A DNA stretch of 58,931 nt. Source: Piedraia hortae CBS 480.64. Lineage: Eukaryota. Positions 23,404-35,514 of this stretch are shown one piece after another (the first letter of the stretch is position 1; every line of letters starts with the position of its first letter). The DNA is taken from positions 1-58,931 of the forward strand of contig MU006029.1 in assembly GCA_010093745.1 (NCBI GenBank). Reading direction: 5' to 3'. Below the pieces are notes generated by a model that did not search any database, was not told the origin of the DNA, and saw nothing but the letters and a program-made list of their open reading frames with translations. Made by a program: the position numbers and the translations under genes.

Positions 23404-24974
23404 TGGCAAGACTGACGAGATACACGAATTTGTTAGGAAGCACTGTGCTGGACGCGTGCAATTCTTGCGGGCAAAAATGTAGCTAGCTGATTGCTCTTAT
23501 GAGAATGCGCTGGACTTATTGAAATTCTTGCTGGCAAAATGTGACTGGCTCATCAATGGTGATAAAAATTTTGAAGGTGGAGGCATTTTCTTTTACTGGG
23601 CGCACATTAAATTCACGTTCGCCTTCGTCATACAGGAGTGCCGTCCCACATGCACGTTTCCGTCTGGCTGACCCACAAACTTGCAAAAATAGGAAAGCGT
23701 CGACTGACCGCACACAGACCTTCTGTTAATCCACTTTCCTCTCAGATACTTCCCAAGCGATACCCAAAAGTGCAGCAGTAGGATAACAATATGCCAAGAA
23801 ATCTCCCACAAATAAGTCCATGCTGACTAAGATCAGATCTTAAGTGATGCGATTGGACCATTTTCGCCACGATCTCCGCCATGACCGTTCGATGGGTGGT
23901 TTGAACGACGGCGTTGTATGACTTATCATGCGTTGACACGCAACGATAGGAAAGCGAATGCCTTCTACTGAAATCTACCCTATTACAAGTTTCCAAGTGG
24001 TAGAGTAGGAAGCCACCTAAACAGATAGCTTCCTACGTAAGCTGTTTATTTCCTTCGCAACCTACCATGCCAAAATGACAAGGTGGCGCGCAACTGCGGG
24101 GTTGAAGGTAGTGGCATTTTTCCTCGTCAAACTAGACAAAAACAGCCCGTGGCTTGCAGGTCAAGATGGTCGCGTGGCAGCATATTTTCGCTGATGCTTC
24201 ATTTGGCATGTTTAGTCATCTCGAGCATGCTCATGTTTGATCTCCCGTTCACCAAGCAGGCTCGATCCTGATGCATTGTTCCAACATTAGATTGTGAAGA
24301 ACGCGCTATACCGTAAAGAGCATATGATGTCAGGATCTTGTCGATCACCCGTAGTGCAACTCGGATCAGCGAACACTGACTCACTGACAATCGCAATGCG
24401 ACTGGAACTCCCAATTGCAGCTGTGGAGGGGAACAAATTCTGGCAGCATAGTCCAGCCAGTAAGATCGCAGGTACCGTCGTATTTTAGCTCGGCAGGTGA
24501 GCTAAAAACGTCGCGCTATACCGTAAAGGTACGGCAGCCGTTTCTACCAGCTCACATGAAGGCTGGAAACAACAACCTGCGCCTCATCGGCAGAGTTTAC
24601 CACTGATTGCGCCATGTTCAAAAAAACGGCGTCGCTCTTGCTGGCGCAGTCGTGGCTTTCTCGCGGTATCGAAAATGTATGACTGTACGGGGTAAGAGTC
24701 ATACTCTATGTTCCCAAATCCTGTCATGCTGTGCTTGGACGAGCCAACCGCCATGGCCGGCGAAGGGCCACCCAGCAGTGTAAAAGCGGATCTGAGTCAC
24801 CATTCTTTACTCATCCGTTGGAAGACTCATTCGTTTCTTATAACTACTCTCTCGTCTGGCTGATCCTTTCTTCCATCTCAAACACATCCATACAACTGAA
24901 GACAATCGTTTAAGCTACTACTCGACTACTCCTCTTTGAATCACCCTACCAGTCTGCCGCAACTGAATTCTAAG

Positions 24975-25157
24975 ATGCCTTATCGACCTTCGTCAACTAC
25001 CTCGAGCTCAAGCGAGAAGATCAAGTTCGATACTCCTCCTAAGTCGATTGTGTACACAACACAATCAAAGACCACAAGCACGTACACCAGCTCTAAAAAG
25101 TCATACAACCTAGGTCCGTCAAGCACACAAGCTCAGAACGGCGGTTATTGGGGATGA
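24975..25157 (+). CDS. Small Ser/Thr-rich protein P2 (60 aa), paralog of P1
   Basis: MPYRPSSTTSSSSEKIKFDTPPKSIVYTTQSKTTSTYTSSKKSYNLGPSSTQAQNGGYWG*. Upstream tataa (~24839) and a C/T/A-rich leader. Confidence 0.65.
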   Translation: MPYRPSSTTSSSSEKIKFDTPPKSIVYTTQSKTTSTYTSSKKSYNLGPSSTQAQNGGYWG

Positions 25158-26588
25158 GATTTAACGAGACGATTTCTACTTGCATTTGCATTTTTGACGG
25201 TAAATGATTGATGATTCAAGCGAATGGACGGATGGGAATACATGGCATAGATTGTAAAGCAGGAGTATTGTAAAGTGGAATATCTGTATTGTTAGAAGTG
25301 GGTCGATATACAAGGATTTGGTGGATTTTGTCCATGTGAGATCTTCCTTCCTTTAGCCACATCCTCTATAACGCCACTCTTGCTGCGCATCATTCAGTGC
25401 AGTGACTCACCTATCCCATCTGACCTCTTTGCCCGTGCAGCGCACCGTCATTGTATGACTCGTAAACTTCACGCACCAATCAGCGACCTCCCCATGCTTT
25501 ACAACCACTCATTCTGTAACGAGGCTATGATACGTCATAAACGCCTTAACTCAACAGCTGGCATAAGGTCGGCCGGTAACGACCGATGTTAACAAGGTTT
25601 TGTCGCGCGGCCAGGGACATGGCGCAACGATGCCGACCGCGCCACGCTAGTACCTGGGCTAGCCTGCTGCGACCCTGCACCACATTCTGTGCGTGGCCCT
25701 GACATTAGACCGAGGTTCCAAAGCCAGGCACAAGAAAGGCGTGGCTGCAGTAGAACTATTTTCACCCATTATCGCGTGACGACATTTGAGACGGGTAACA
25801 CAACGATACAGTCACCAACAACCCCTGGAGGCGCTCCATGAACTTTACTATGGCTCTTCTGCTATGGACCTATTGAAGGCCATGGTAGGCTGCACTTTCC
25901 CCCGTTATAGACTTCGCTGCTGCATACGCCGCTGCGTTCTTGCGGCTTGGAGAATGCAGTGTTCAGCTTTGTTGCAGGCACACTGGTTTGACATGCTAAG
26001 TCGGACTTATGTACCTGACTGTGTGCATGTTGATGGTAATGTATCTCTATTAGAATGTATAGCTGACACCTCCGGACACATTTCATGTGTCAACTAATTG
26101 CTCTTCACCAGCCAATCTCATTTGAAGGGTCAATCCTGGTAGATTCATACTGATCTCAGCCATCCTCGAGCTGCCTATCAAACCAATCAATCTGTCAACC
26201 ACCCTCACTGTCAACCCCCGTGCTGTAACTCCAGTCGCAGCTGTTACCCAGACTCTTTCCAACCCCCTCCACTCACTCACCAACCCGTCATACCCATACA
26301 AACCCTGCACTCTCTCATTTATATATCTCCCTCTTTCTTCTCTGCCACCCAGTTCACTACATACTTATACAACTTCAACAGCATCTTCATTCATCTATTA
26401 CTCAACTCACTCTTCTTCCCCCAAGCCACCATCCTATCAGACCAACCACACACATTCAACTCAATCTTTTAAGTCATCCCATCAAGCCTATTCAACAGTC
26501 CTTCCACAACCCACCATCCCACCGAGTTATTCCCAACCCCTGAGTCAAGCCACATCACACCAAGTTATCCTAATTCCTTCCAAACTAA

Positions 26589-26729
26589 ATGTCTTCCTCC
26601 ACCACCTCCTCAGGCTCGGGATCCTCGAGCTCAGGTGGATCAGGAAATCCACCTAAAATCGTCTCAAACCCTAACCCACCGAGACCAAAGCCAATGCCAC
26701 CGAGAGATCACAATGGCTATCATCCTTGA
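26589..26729 (+). CDS. Small Ser/Gly/Pro-rich peptide P3 (46 aa), below the ORF-track cutoff
   Basis: MSSSTTSSGSGSSSSGGSGNPPKIVSNPNPPRPKPMPPRDHNGYHP*. ATG context taaATG. Upstream tttatatat (~26318), a C/A-rich leader and a G/T-rich trailer like neighbouring genes. Confidence 0.55.
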   Translation: MSSSTTSSGSGSSSSGGSGNPPKIVSNPNPPRPKPMPPRDHNGYHP

Positions 26730-27010
26730 TTTGGGGATGGGAGATAGAAGTGTAGATAAGATTGGGTTGCATTTGGATTGTATTGATAGCGTGGGGTTGC
26801 ACCAAGGATAGAAGATAAACATTGGGTATAGACTTCGGACTGATATGCATTGAATTTTCGACAAACTCACCCCTTCAGAATTTTTTTTGATGTGTAATTT
26901 GCTTCCGTTGTATAGTTGACATAACCGCACCGCCTTCGAGAGCTCTTGGCCGACTGATCTCCTCCGAGATGGCAACTCTGGTGAAGACATACCAACGTGT
27001 CCGCTACAAC

Positions 27011-27237
27011 CAAGCTGTCATTCGAGCTGTCATTCGAGCTGTCATTCAAGCTGTCATTCAAGCTGTCATTCAAGCTGTCATTCAAGCTGTCATTCAAGCT
27101 GTCATTCAAGCTGTCATTCAAGCTGTCATTCNNNNNNNNNNCATTCAAGCTGTCATTCAAGCTGTCATTCAAGCTGTCATTCAAGCTGTCATTCAAGCTG
27201 TCATTCAAGCTGTCATTCAAGCTGTCATTCAAGCTGC
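27011..27237. repeat. 12-bp minisatellite (CAAGCTGTCATT)n spanning an assembly gap
   Basis: About 18 visible copies, two with a CGAG variant. N-run at 27132-27141, so the true length is unknown. Confidence 0.97.
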
Positions 27238-27459
27238 CAAAGGTGTCGACATCATGCAAGCCATCAACCAACGACAGTCATTCCAGTCGACGCTGGTAGC
27301 TAACTGTGTTCCAACTTTCCGTTCGTGACATCCATCCAAGCAGCTACTTAACATCTCCTCTTTTCTCTCCTCCCTCCCTACTCTCACTTCACCATCTTCC
27401 CATTTTTTAGTCTACCATCAACAGAATCAACCTACCAAACCTCCATCCCTATAACAAAC

Positions 27460-27723
27460 ATGAAACCACCCCAACCACCAACCAATCCTTCCTTAACGGA
27501 CAACCTCAAACTCTCAAAATCAAGAGACATTTCTACAACCTCAAAAGGCCACAACCCGGGGCCCAGCGAACCACCGGAGAAATCCACCAATATTTCCAGT
27601 TCGACAGGAGCGACAGACCACAAAGCGGAGGCCAGTAAATCACCAAAGGAACCTGAGATTATCATCCATTCCAGCCCAAACGTGGTGAAAATTGAACGGC
27701 AGCATAGTAAGTATTATTCTTGA
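27460..27723 (+). CDS. Small Pro/Ser/Lys-rich protein P4 (87 aa)
   Basis: Ends KEPEIIIHSSPNVVKIERQHSKYYS*. ATG context aaacATG after a CT-rich leader, with a G/T-rich trailer. Confidence 0.5.
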   Translation: MKPPQPPTNPSLTDNLKLSKSRDISTTSKGHNPGPSEPPEKSTNISSSTGATDHKAEASKSPKEPEIIIHSSPNVVKIERQHSKYYS

Positions 27724-29763
27724 GATTGGGGTAGAGTGGGGTGAATCTATAGAGTTAGGAGGGAGTTGTGTTGGTAGCTTTGGTATTGAGTGGAAATGAC
27801 ATACACGTTGGCGTAAGAGTTATTCTTTTTGGTGTGAGCGGTGGGCTATCTACCGGGATTAACTGTGCTTCTAACAGCGCCTCGCTGGTAAATTTCGTCC
27901 GGGGTGTCAGCTGAACTGGAACTATAGCCACAATCAAGTTGGCCATCACAATAATCAGATGTCCACCACACTCATCCAAGTAGTCAACGATAGTCACTCC
28001 AGTGGAAACCGTTAGCTAATCACTTTCTACCTCTCTCTTGTTATTCCAGTCTAAGCAAAGTGGTTCACACCTTCTCCTCCCTTTCTACCCTCTTGGACAC
28101 ATCCTTCATCCAGCCCTAGTTAAGCGCAGAATAAATGCCCCAAGAATGCAAAGCCTGACCCCCCAAATCCTCGAAGTCAAAAGACTGTCCTACAGCCTCA
28201 ACAGCCAACTCGGGTCCAGTGGCTATATATTCAAAACCATCCTCCATCCCTACCCGAGAAACCGTCGTGAAGAAGGTAAGGCAGCATGCCAGCCATTTTC
28301 CCTAATCTGTGGAGTAGTTGGGGGATAGATTAGAGTGTGAGTGCATCAATCCCATCGGACGACATGAAATAAACTTTCGTAGAATATAACCCATGGGGTA
28401 TACTCATCGAGCTACACAACAACCTCAAAGAATGAAAGAGGGCAGTGAGTCAAAAGATTAAAAGACACATCTCTACCCCTGTCCTCCCAGTGGAAAGACT
28501 CCATCTATACCCAAACCGGCCTTGACATAACTTCCTAAAACCCAAAACCCACCGCAAACACATCTGGGTGCGAATGCATCCGCTCAACCCGACGCTATCT
28601 GTTCGTCTCTACTCTCCAAAAGGTGCCTACCCACCCTTCATCCCCTCCCCCTGTGCTCCCAAGCCNNNNNNNNNNNNNNNCTCCTCAGGGTCGCGAATCG
28701 GGGCAGGTCCATAATCAACCTCGCCAATAGCCCGTCCATCAAGTGCCCTCTCCAGCAACAAATAATAACCCGCTTCTTCAAACTTCCCAGCCTCGTTATT
28801 GCCAAGCCTCCCAGGCCAGGATGCGCATCCCTCCGAAACGCCCATTCGTCTTTTGAGCCGGCAGTCAGGGAACTCGACACGACATGATTCCGGATCCGGT
28901 ATGGCTGTGGAATCCATGATACTTAGCACGTACAGTGGCCCTTGGGCTCCACTTGTTGTGGGGGCGGGGTTTCACTTTGGTCCACCCTGCTGTGGCACTT
29001 CGTGCTCCTCCTGGCCGATATCATCTCTCGGACTCTGCTCGTCATTTGGGTAATGGTAGTCATTCGGACGGTTGCTTTAGTCGTTCAGCATGTACGTCAC
29101 AAATGGCCTTCGTTGGGCGTGGAGTAGCGATTTTCGCGGCTTGGTGGTATTTTGGCTGGGCATTCGAGAACGCCCAGGCAAGAATTTTAAGTTACCATTG
29201 GGTCCTTTCCGTGTACCATCGCCCAGCGGATGGCACGACACAGTGAGGTCGGCATCAGTCATGTTAATTGTATAGTCTTGCTCTCCACTGGGCCATTCTG
29301 GAGGACAGTGCTCTGGAACAAGTTCATCATGACTCGGAGACACCGGTGCGTTCGTGCCGGAAGTCTCATCTGCAATGGGGCATTCTTGCTTGAAAACCAA
29401 TAGCTCAGGTTCAGCAGGCATGGGGAACACCAGACCCAATAAAAGTGAGCCCCTGTATCTTTCAGATCATGTATATTCCGAAAGAGGTCTAACATGCGCT
29501 GCACCGCGTTGGTTAGCTCCATACACCGCGTGAACAGTTTTGTCCGCTTCCGGCTCGACCACAGACGGGGTATTTCAAGTCTCTCAAGTCAGTAATGGGG
29601 TCTGCACCAGAAGGGTTGGCACAGGAGAGCTGCTGTTGGTTGTCTCGTACCATCCGCAGCAAGTTTTAGTCAAGTTCTCCAGCTCTTGACGAGAGGGCTG
29701 AGTCGAGGAGGGCTTTGCATTGGGGGCGTGTAAAGCGGATGTCCTTGATATATTGGAGCATGG

Positions 29764-32700
29764 TTAGCTGCCTGGACTGATCCTGCAACAACTCAATTTA
29801 CAGGTTGAACAAGTATTTCCAGAGGACCGTGTTCTGGAGATGTAAGGTTCCAATGGGGATACAGGTTCCAGTATCTTTTGGTTCGAATTGAAATTGCCAT
29901 TCTCGCCTTTCTTTCTTGCTAATGCAAACAATATTGTTCGAGACTTCCGCCCTGCCATTTGGCGCCAACTGGACAGGGAGGTGATGGAGAGTGATTTCAT
30001 GTGATTGGAAAAAGTGGGGAAGTGCATTGCCCCCATACTCCCTGCTGCTGTCGAGGTGATAAATTGAGATTTCTCAACTCCTGAGCCGCCCCTTTCGTGA
30101 GGGGAGGGGTAGACGTGGCGATATAATATTGTAGAGTCAGTGATCAATGTCGTATGCTGCATAAAATTTTGCCCAATTGTCACCGATGTGACTGTATGGA
30201 GACAAGTCCGGAATCTTGAACCCCATTGCAGACGGATATTTGACACTGCGTAGCCTGAAAGTGACCTCTTCGCGAGATGTGCGCAATCAAAGAGATTCAT
30301 ACCGGTGGCTTCCAACAAGGGCTTCTCACAGTCTTTTGTCCATCCGTCCACTGCGAAGTATTTGCCGCCAATGCAAAGGCGACGGGAACCACCCTCCGCT
30401 TGCAGTGCCATTTGTGCCTTCGTTTTCCCCAGACGTCTGAGCTATACGGTTGATTGGCCGACTGGACTCTCCATTGTAACTCCTGCATCTCGCTAGGTGG
30501 TTGCCGGGACGTGCTGGGTGATTTGAGTCCATACGTTCTACTCTTGTTGCATCTCACTGGGTGCTGTCATTGCCGTCGCTTGACTGATGGAACAGTCGCT
30601 GTCGCAGAAATTCGGTATTAGTTTTGTTATGTAACCAGCGGCATGCACGAAACCGCGATCTTCTGTTGGCGTAATTAGTATGGGCCTATTCCTTATCGCC
30701 GCTATCTTTTCTTTCTCATGCAGCTTCTGGGCTCGACGATACCGAGAAGCTTCGATTGATTGTGTGGACATCGGCATTATACATCCGTCTCGGCTTCGAT
30801 TCTCCCGCACTTTCGGGGCTTGCTTAACGCTGACTGGAAGCAGCTGAAAATGCAGAAACGCAGGAAAGTATGGCCTGAAGCTCGCTGGATATCGTCAATG
30901 AAATTAGGTAAAGGATGTGCGTGCCTCTTGGTTATCCTGCCCAAAGCACAATTGTCACAGCAGATGCGGTATACCGACCGCCATGTACGTTTATTCTGTG
31001 GGTGAGGACCACGCCGCTCGTACTCTTATGAACGATTGTGCCCAGTCTGGCCTTTATGAACTCTTGCAACGTCCTCGCTGTAGAGGCTGCATTTCGTTGG
31101 CATGATCAAATGGTAAATGGGATTTACGCTTGGTATTTGCAGCCCGGACCAAATTGTCATGATATGCATCGCGCACGTAGATCACGCTTGCCTTGTCTAA
31201 TACTCTTGCACCATAAGTTATCTGATGTTTCAACTGAACTGGGACCACAAGCACGAGCGCTAATCAGCGAAGTCGAGCCATCTATTATGAAACCCGGCGA
31301 AGGGCGCCGGACTGGCAGAGTCCTCCCCATCATCTTCCTCCATTGGGCCCAGCTTGTCCATGCAATTGGCTTCAGCAGCCGTTCTCGCCGCCCACGATAC
31401 TAAAAACCTCATTCAGGCTTGAAATTGATCAGGATCTCACGAGCCAGCACGCAAGATGTGAGGTGCATGAAAAGTTCACTGGGTTGTGGACTTAGCGGAC
31501 CGACGAGACCCACGTATTGCTGTCCCAGAGCTCACTGTACGAGCCAGAGGACGCAATGTAGCGTGTGAGCAAGTCAACGGGGCTCAGGTAATAGATTGCA
31601 ACGTTGACTCATGATGACGAGGTGCAATGGGCTCCCACTTGATGCCGCGTTTTTTGCAGATGGAGCAAGAAGCCATGTATTCTCCAGCGTTGTGGGACCT
31701 GGACCTTTTGAAAACCACAAATTTCGGCTTTATCATCATCCTTCTGTTTGAGGAAATGAACCCAGGTGTAGCGGGTGACCGTAGCCAAGCGTTTGCAAGA
31801 TGTATTCTCTTCTTCACGTCATGTTGACTAGCTTCGCAAGATCGGCCATGCGCGGCACATACTAGCCCTCATACTTTGCTGTAATCAGAAGGCAAGTCGT
31901 ACTTAGCAAAGGAAGTTTCTCAGGGTAGATAACGCGCGTGGAGAGGCTGCATTCTCCAGGTTTGTTACGGCCTCTCCTCGCCCTACAACTCCGCTACAAG
32001 TCATTCTGCCTGACCTATCCCAGTCATTCTTGCGGCAGAAGTCGACCGCTCGCCTGCAATATATAGGGCTATCACGAAGCATCTATTCCCACGTTTCGCT
32101 TCGTCAGTCACAGTTTTGTGCAATTTCTGAAGGGAACTTGATCCAGAAGGCCATGGCATTAGCCTCCCGATCTTATGAACGGCATGGCACACTTTGTGCT
32201 TGGCAAGGAACGTCCGCAGCTGCTTTAACCACCCAGAGACGACTGAGCAAACTTTTCCTCGTTCTACAAGACAATGCGCCAATGGCACTAACATTCCAGG
32301 CCAACTTGTTCGGTAATTTGCGTCGATTACCAGCACATTGTGGTCATCTTACAAGGTGTCTACCAGTTTGGGGTGGGCCAAAAGCAATTGTCGTTGTGGT
32401 CGGCATCATCAGGCTCCCAGTTTTCCATGCCTGCTTCCGAAAACCTGGCGTCAGCGTCATCCGCACTTCTCGAGTTACCATAGTTGTTGTAGCGGTGCAG
32501 GAGAGTCTCTTCCTCAAGCCACTCAGCTGGTCCGTGGCGAGTAAAGATTCCTTGTGCCTCCTTGGTTGCTTGGCGCATCTGCGAGCAACAGAAAAATGGT
32601 TTATCCTCAGGCTTGAGCAGCCACCACCGCATGTCCTGGAGCAGCTCCAGGATATCGTGCTCGAGGTCAGGTGGGTCAACGCGAAATGCCTTTTCCAGCC

Positions 32701-34375
32701 AAAGCAGATTGGCCATCTTACCTAGGCTGGGATGATCGGGTGATAGTGGACTACGCTTTTGTAGGCCCTTGCATCGTCTGTAATCTCCAAGAACGCGAGG
32801 AAACACAGCATGGGTCTCCAGTAAAGCTTGTCGTTGAGAGGCCGGTCCAGGAGCTCGAGAAAGTGGACAAGGCAGGCATCTTCGAGTCTTCTCTCCATCC
32901 ACGTGTTGCTCCTGGCCTCCGGATTCGGCGACGACTGCATCTCAATTTCGTCTATGCGGGTCATTGTTTGACCTTCAAAGGTCTCAGGGGCTTCCACAGT
33001 CGGCGGTGGCTGTATGGTGATGTAAGAGGCATCGCCACTTTGAACAACGGGGATGGATATTTTCCATCTACCATCAAATAATTGTTGGATTTGGACCATG
33101 CTGATTATGCAGCATCTGGAGTACGATCTCCATAACAGTCGATCGATTAAGATTCTCACCGGCCATTTGCTGCCATCCGTTGTAAATGTCTCTTTGGGTT
33201 GGCGGTGGTGAGTTTTGCGAACATGCATGCAAGTGGATGCCAAGTGCCATCGGCGACGAACGAGTGAAGCACGGCTCACAATGCCAAGTCGGACAAGTCT
33301 GTTTCAATCAAGGAAAGTCCGTCTGGTCTGAAAAGTTGAAGCACAAGATCCGCAGTAACTACTGGAAAGTCGGCAAAGCTGCCCGTTTGCTATTGTAGCA
33401 GCAGCCATTTGACAGGATTCTTGTTTGGCTGATACAGGATGTTGTTGCCTCTATGTAGCCAGAACCCCATCTTTTTTATCAAGGCATGGCTTAGCTCTTC
33501 CGACGGTTTAGCCAGATTCTTGAAACCCGAAACCCATCGTCCGATGCAGCATGGGCAAGTCTATACTTATACACCCACATCAGTGGGAGGGCATCTTCGT
33601 ATCGCCCTGAGATCCACTAATATGTGCCATAATCATTGACCTCAAAAGGTTTATCGTGAGTCAAAAGTCATTTGTATATTATCGAGTGATCTTTCAAGTG
33701 GATCGAACGAGAGGCGCAATCTCCTCCCTAACCTCGTAGCAGACGGCTATGCCATTGTCCCAATATTACGACAATGAGGATGTAGAACCCAAATCTCGCA
33801 TCCTCTGTGCGGGGCTGGGTAGTACTGTACCCAGTCTCGCACGATGATTGGAGGACATTATGGTGGGTATACCTTGCCGAACCTTGCTGATTTTTTCCTC
33901 CAAATAATGTCTTTAATTCCCTTCCGAGCGGCGCGTCTAACGTAAAAGCATTGACGCGCTTGTGTAAAATTGAATTATCTCTTGTGCTGCGCTCGAGCGG
34001 ATCAAAGCCGGTCATGGCGTCCGCTCCCGCTCCTCACTTTCCACACGCCTGCACCAAGTATTAGAGAGCCTCCGATACATTAGAATTTAACCAAGCGAAT
34101 TACTGCCATGGTGTCGCTTTCTACGCTCTCAAGGAAATCTTCAGGTCGCGTTCCCGGTGGACGTCTTGGTGTGGGGTGGCATCCCTCGCCCAATCCCAGT
34201 CAGGCGCATCAGTATTCATCAGTGGGAAGAAAATCCTATGCTTCATGAACTGCACTGCGGGTTCGCTACGCTCGTAGAGCCGCAGAAACTCTCTACGGGC
34301 AAGTAGCCATGGGATAATATGCCGGGTATATTCGCCAGCATCGATGCCCCAACATGACACAGCTCGCCAAGCCAA
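29764..34375 (-). pseudogene. Heavily decayed telomere-linked-helicase (TLH)/RecQ-associated gene
   Basis: Collinear minus-strand fragments: LEDACLVHFLELLDRPLNDKLYWRPMLCFLAFLEI...YHPII (~32890-32730), GVVGRGEAVTNL...LRNFL (~31995-31910) and FITSTAAGSMG...SLSSWRQMAGRKSR (~30065-29940, resembling SF2 helicase motifs V/VI). They recall fungal TLH/DUF3505-type proteins from memory. Many stops and frameshifts. Confidence 0.5.
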
Positions 34376-34417
34376 ACAATCTGTACACCAATCACACCTT
34401 ACGCATAACTAACATTT

Positions 34418-35365
34418 TTAAACCCCCTCCTCCATCTGCACACCCTCATTCTTCTTCTTTCTCCCTTCTCGTCCCTTATCCGACCATGGGAAGTGAATCA
34501 CCGGAATCAAAAAGAACGAGTTGCTCCTATCAGCTATACCCGCTAGGGCATTGTACCTATTCCTCGTTAACCCTCACATTGGAGAATGAAGAAGGTTGAA
34601 CATACCAAGCCATAAAAGCGGCAATAATTCCAAACGCACCGCCAGCTTTGATACAGCTTGCACTAGGCTCGCCGCCGGAGTGGTTGAGGTAGCCGATTCC
34701 AAGGCACAGAAACGCCAGGTCGAGGAAGAAAAATAGCATGAAGAATGCCACCGTGGATTTCAGTGTGCATACCATCAAGATGGTGGTGAAGATGAACCAG
34801 CCCTGAGAAACCAATTAGTTGATGGGGGTGTTGGGTTTAGTCAACCCACCATAAGAAACAACCCAAACGAATCGAGAAACGGCCCGGGGCTCTCAGCCGT
34901 GAGGGTCGATTCGATTCGGAAGCCAGGCGTGAGGATGATGGCTGTTGCAATCCAGAACCCGCCGTAGGATGTCAACGCCGTTGCACCAAACGTGTTCCCA
35001 ATGGCCATCTCCCACATCCCCGCGAGAAGCTGTGCGAGGCCGCCATACGCAAACGCCGCGCCGATGACGATGTTGGGCTGGTGCAGACCGCGTGTGTTGA
35101 GGTTGATAAGTGAGAGGACAAAGGTTGTTAGGGCGAAGGCGGAGAGGCCTAGGGGGGCTGGGTTGGCGAATTTGCGACCTTCTTGGGGTTTGTATACTCC
35201 AGGCTGGAAGTCACCGCCAAAGGCTGGGAGGAGGGCGGTATCGCCGGTTGGATAGCGGGCGAGGGGGTTGCCGCCGTAGTCGTAAGCTCGACGTTGGGCA
35301 ACTGTCGGTTGAGGTTGCATGTCGGCCATCTTGATCTCGTCTCCGGGCTGCATTGGAGTCGCCAT
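34418..35365 (-). CDS. Gpr1/Fun34/YaaH (ATO/AcpA-type) acetate transporter
   Basis: FANPAPLGLSAFALTTFVLS signature, YGGLAQLLAGMWE and GNTFGATALTSYGGFW. Three exons, the last reading WYNALAGIADRSNSFFLIPVIHFPWS...EEGV*. Confidence 0.93.
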
Positions 35366-35514
35366 ATTTCACAAGACGTTCCTTTTTCCCGGGGATCTGT
35401 CAAAATATATATATATATATTCGGCGGGGGTGGCGTGCAGCGTGCAGCCTCGGGATATTTGGCGCAGCCTTAGAGTTAAGCTATGTAACGCCCGCCTCGT
35501 GGTCTGGTGACCGC

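Noticed and set aside
27011..27237. Possible CRISPR-like array
   Set aside because: Head-to-tail 12-mers with no spacers, in a eukaryotic genome. It is a minisatellite.
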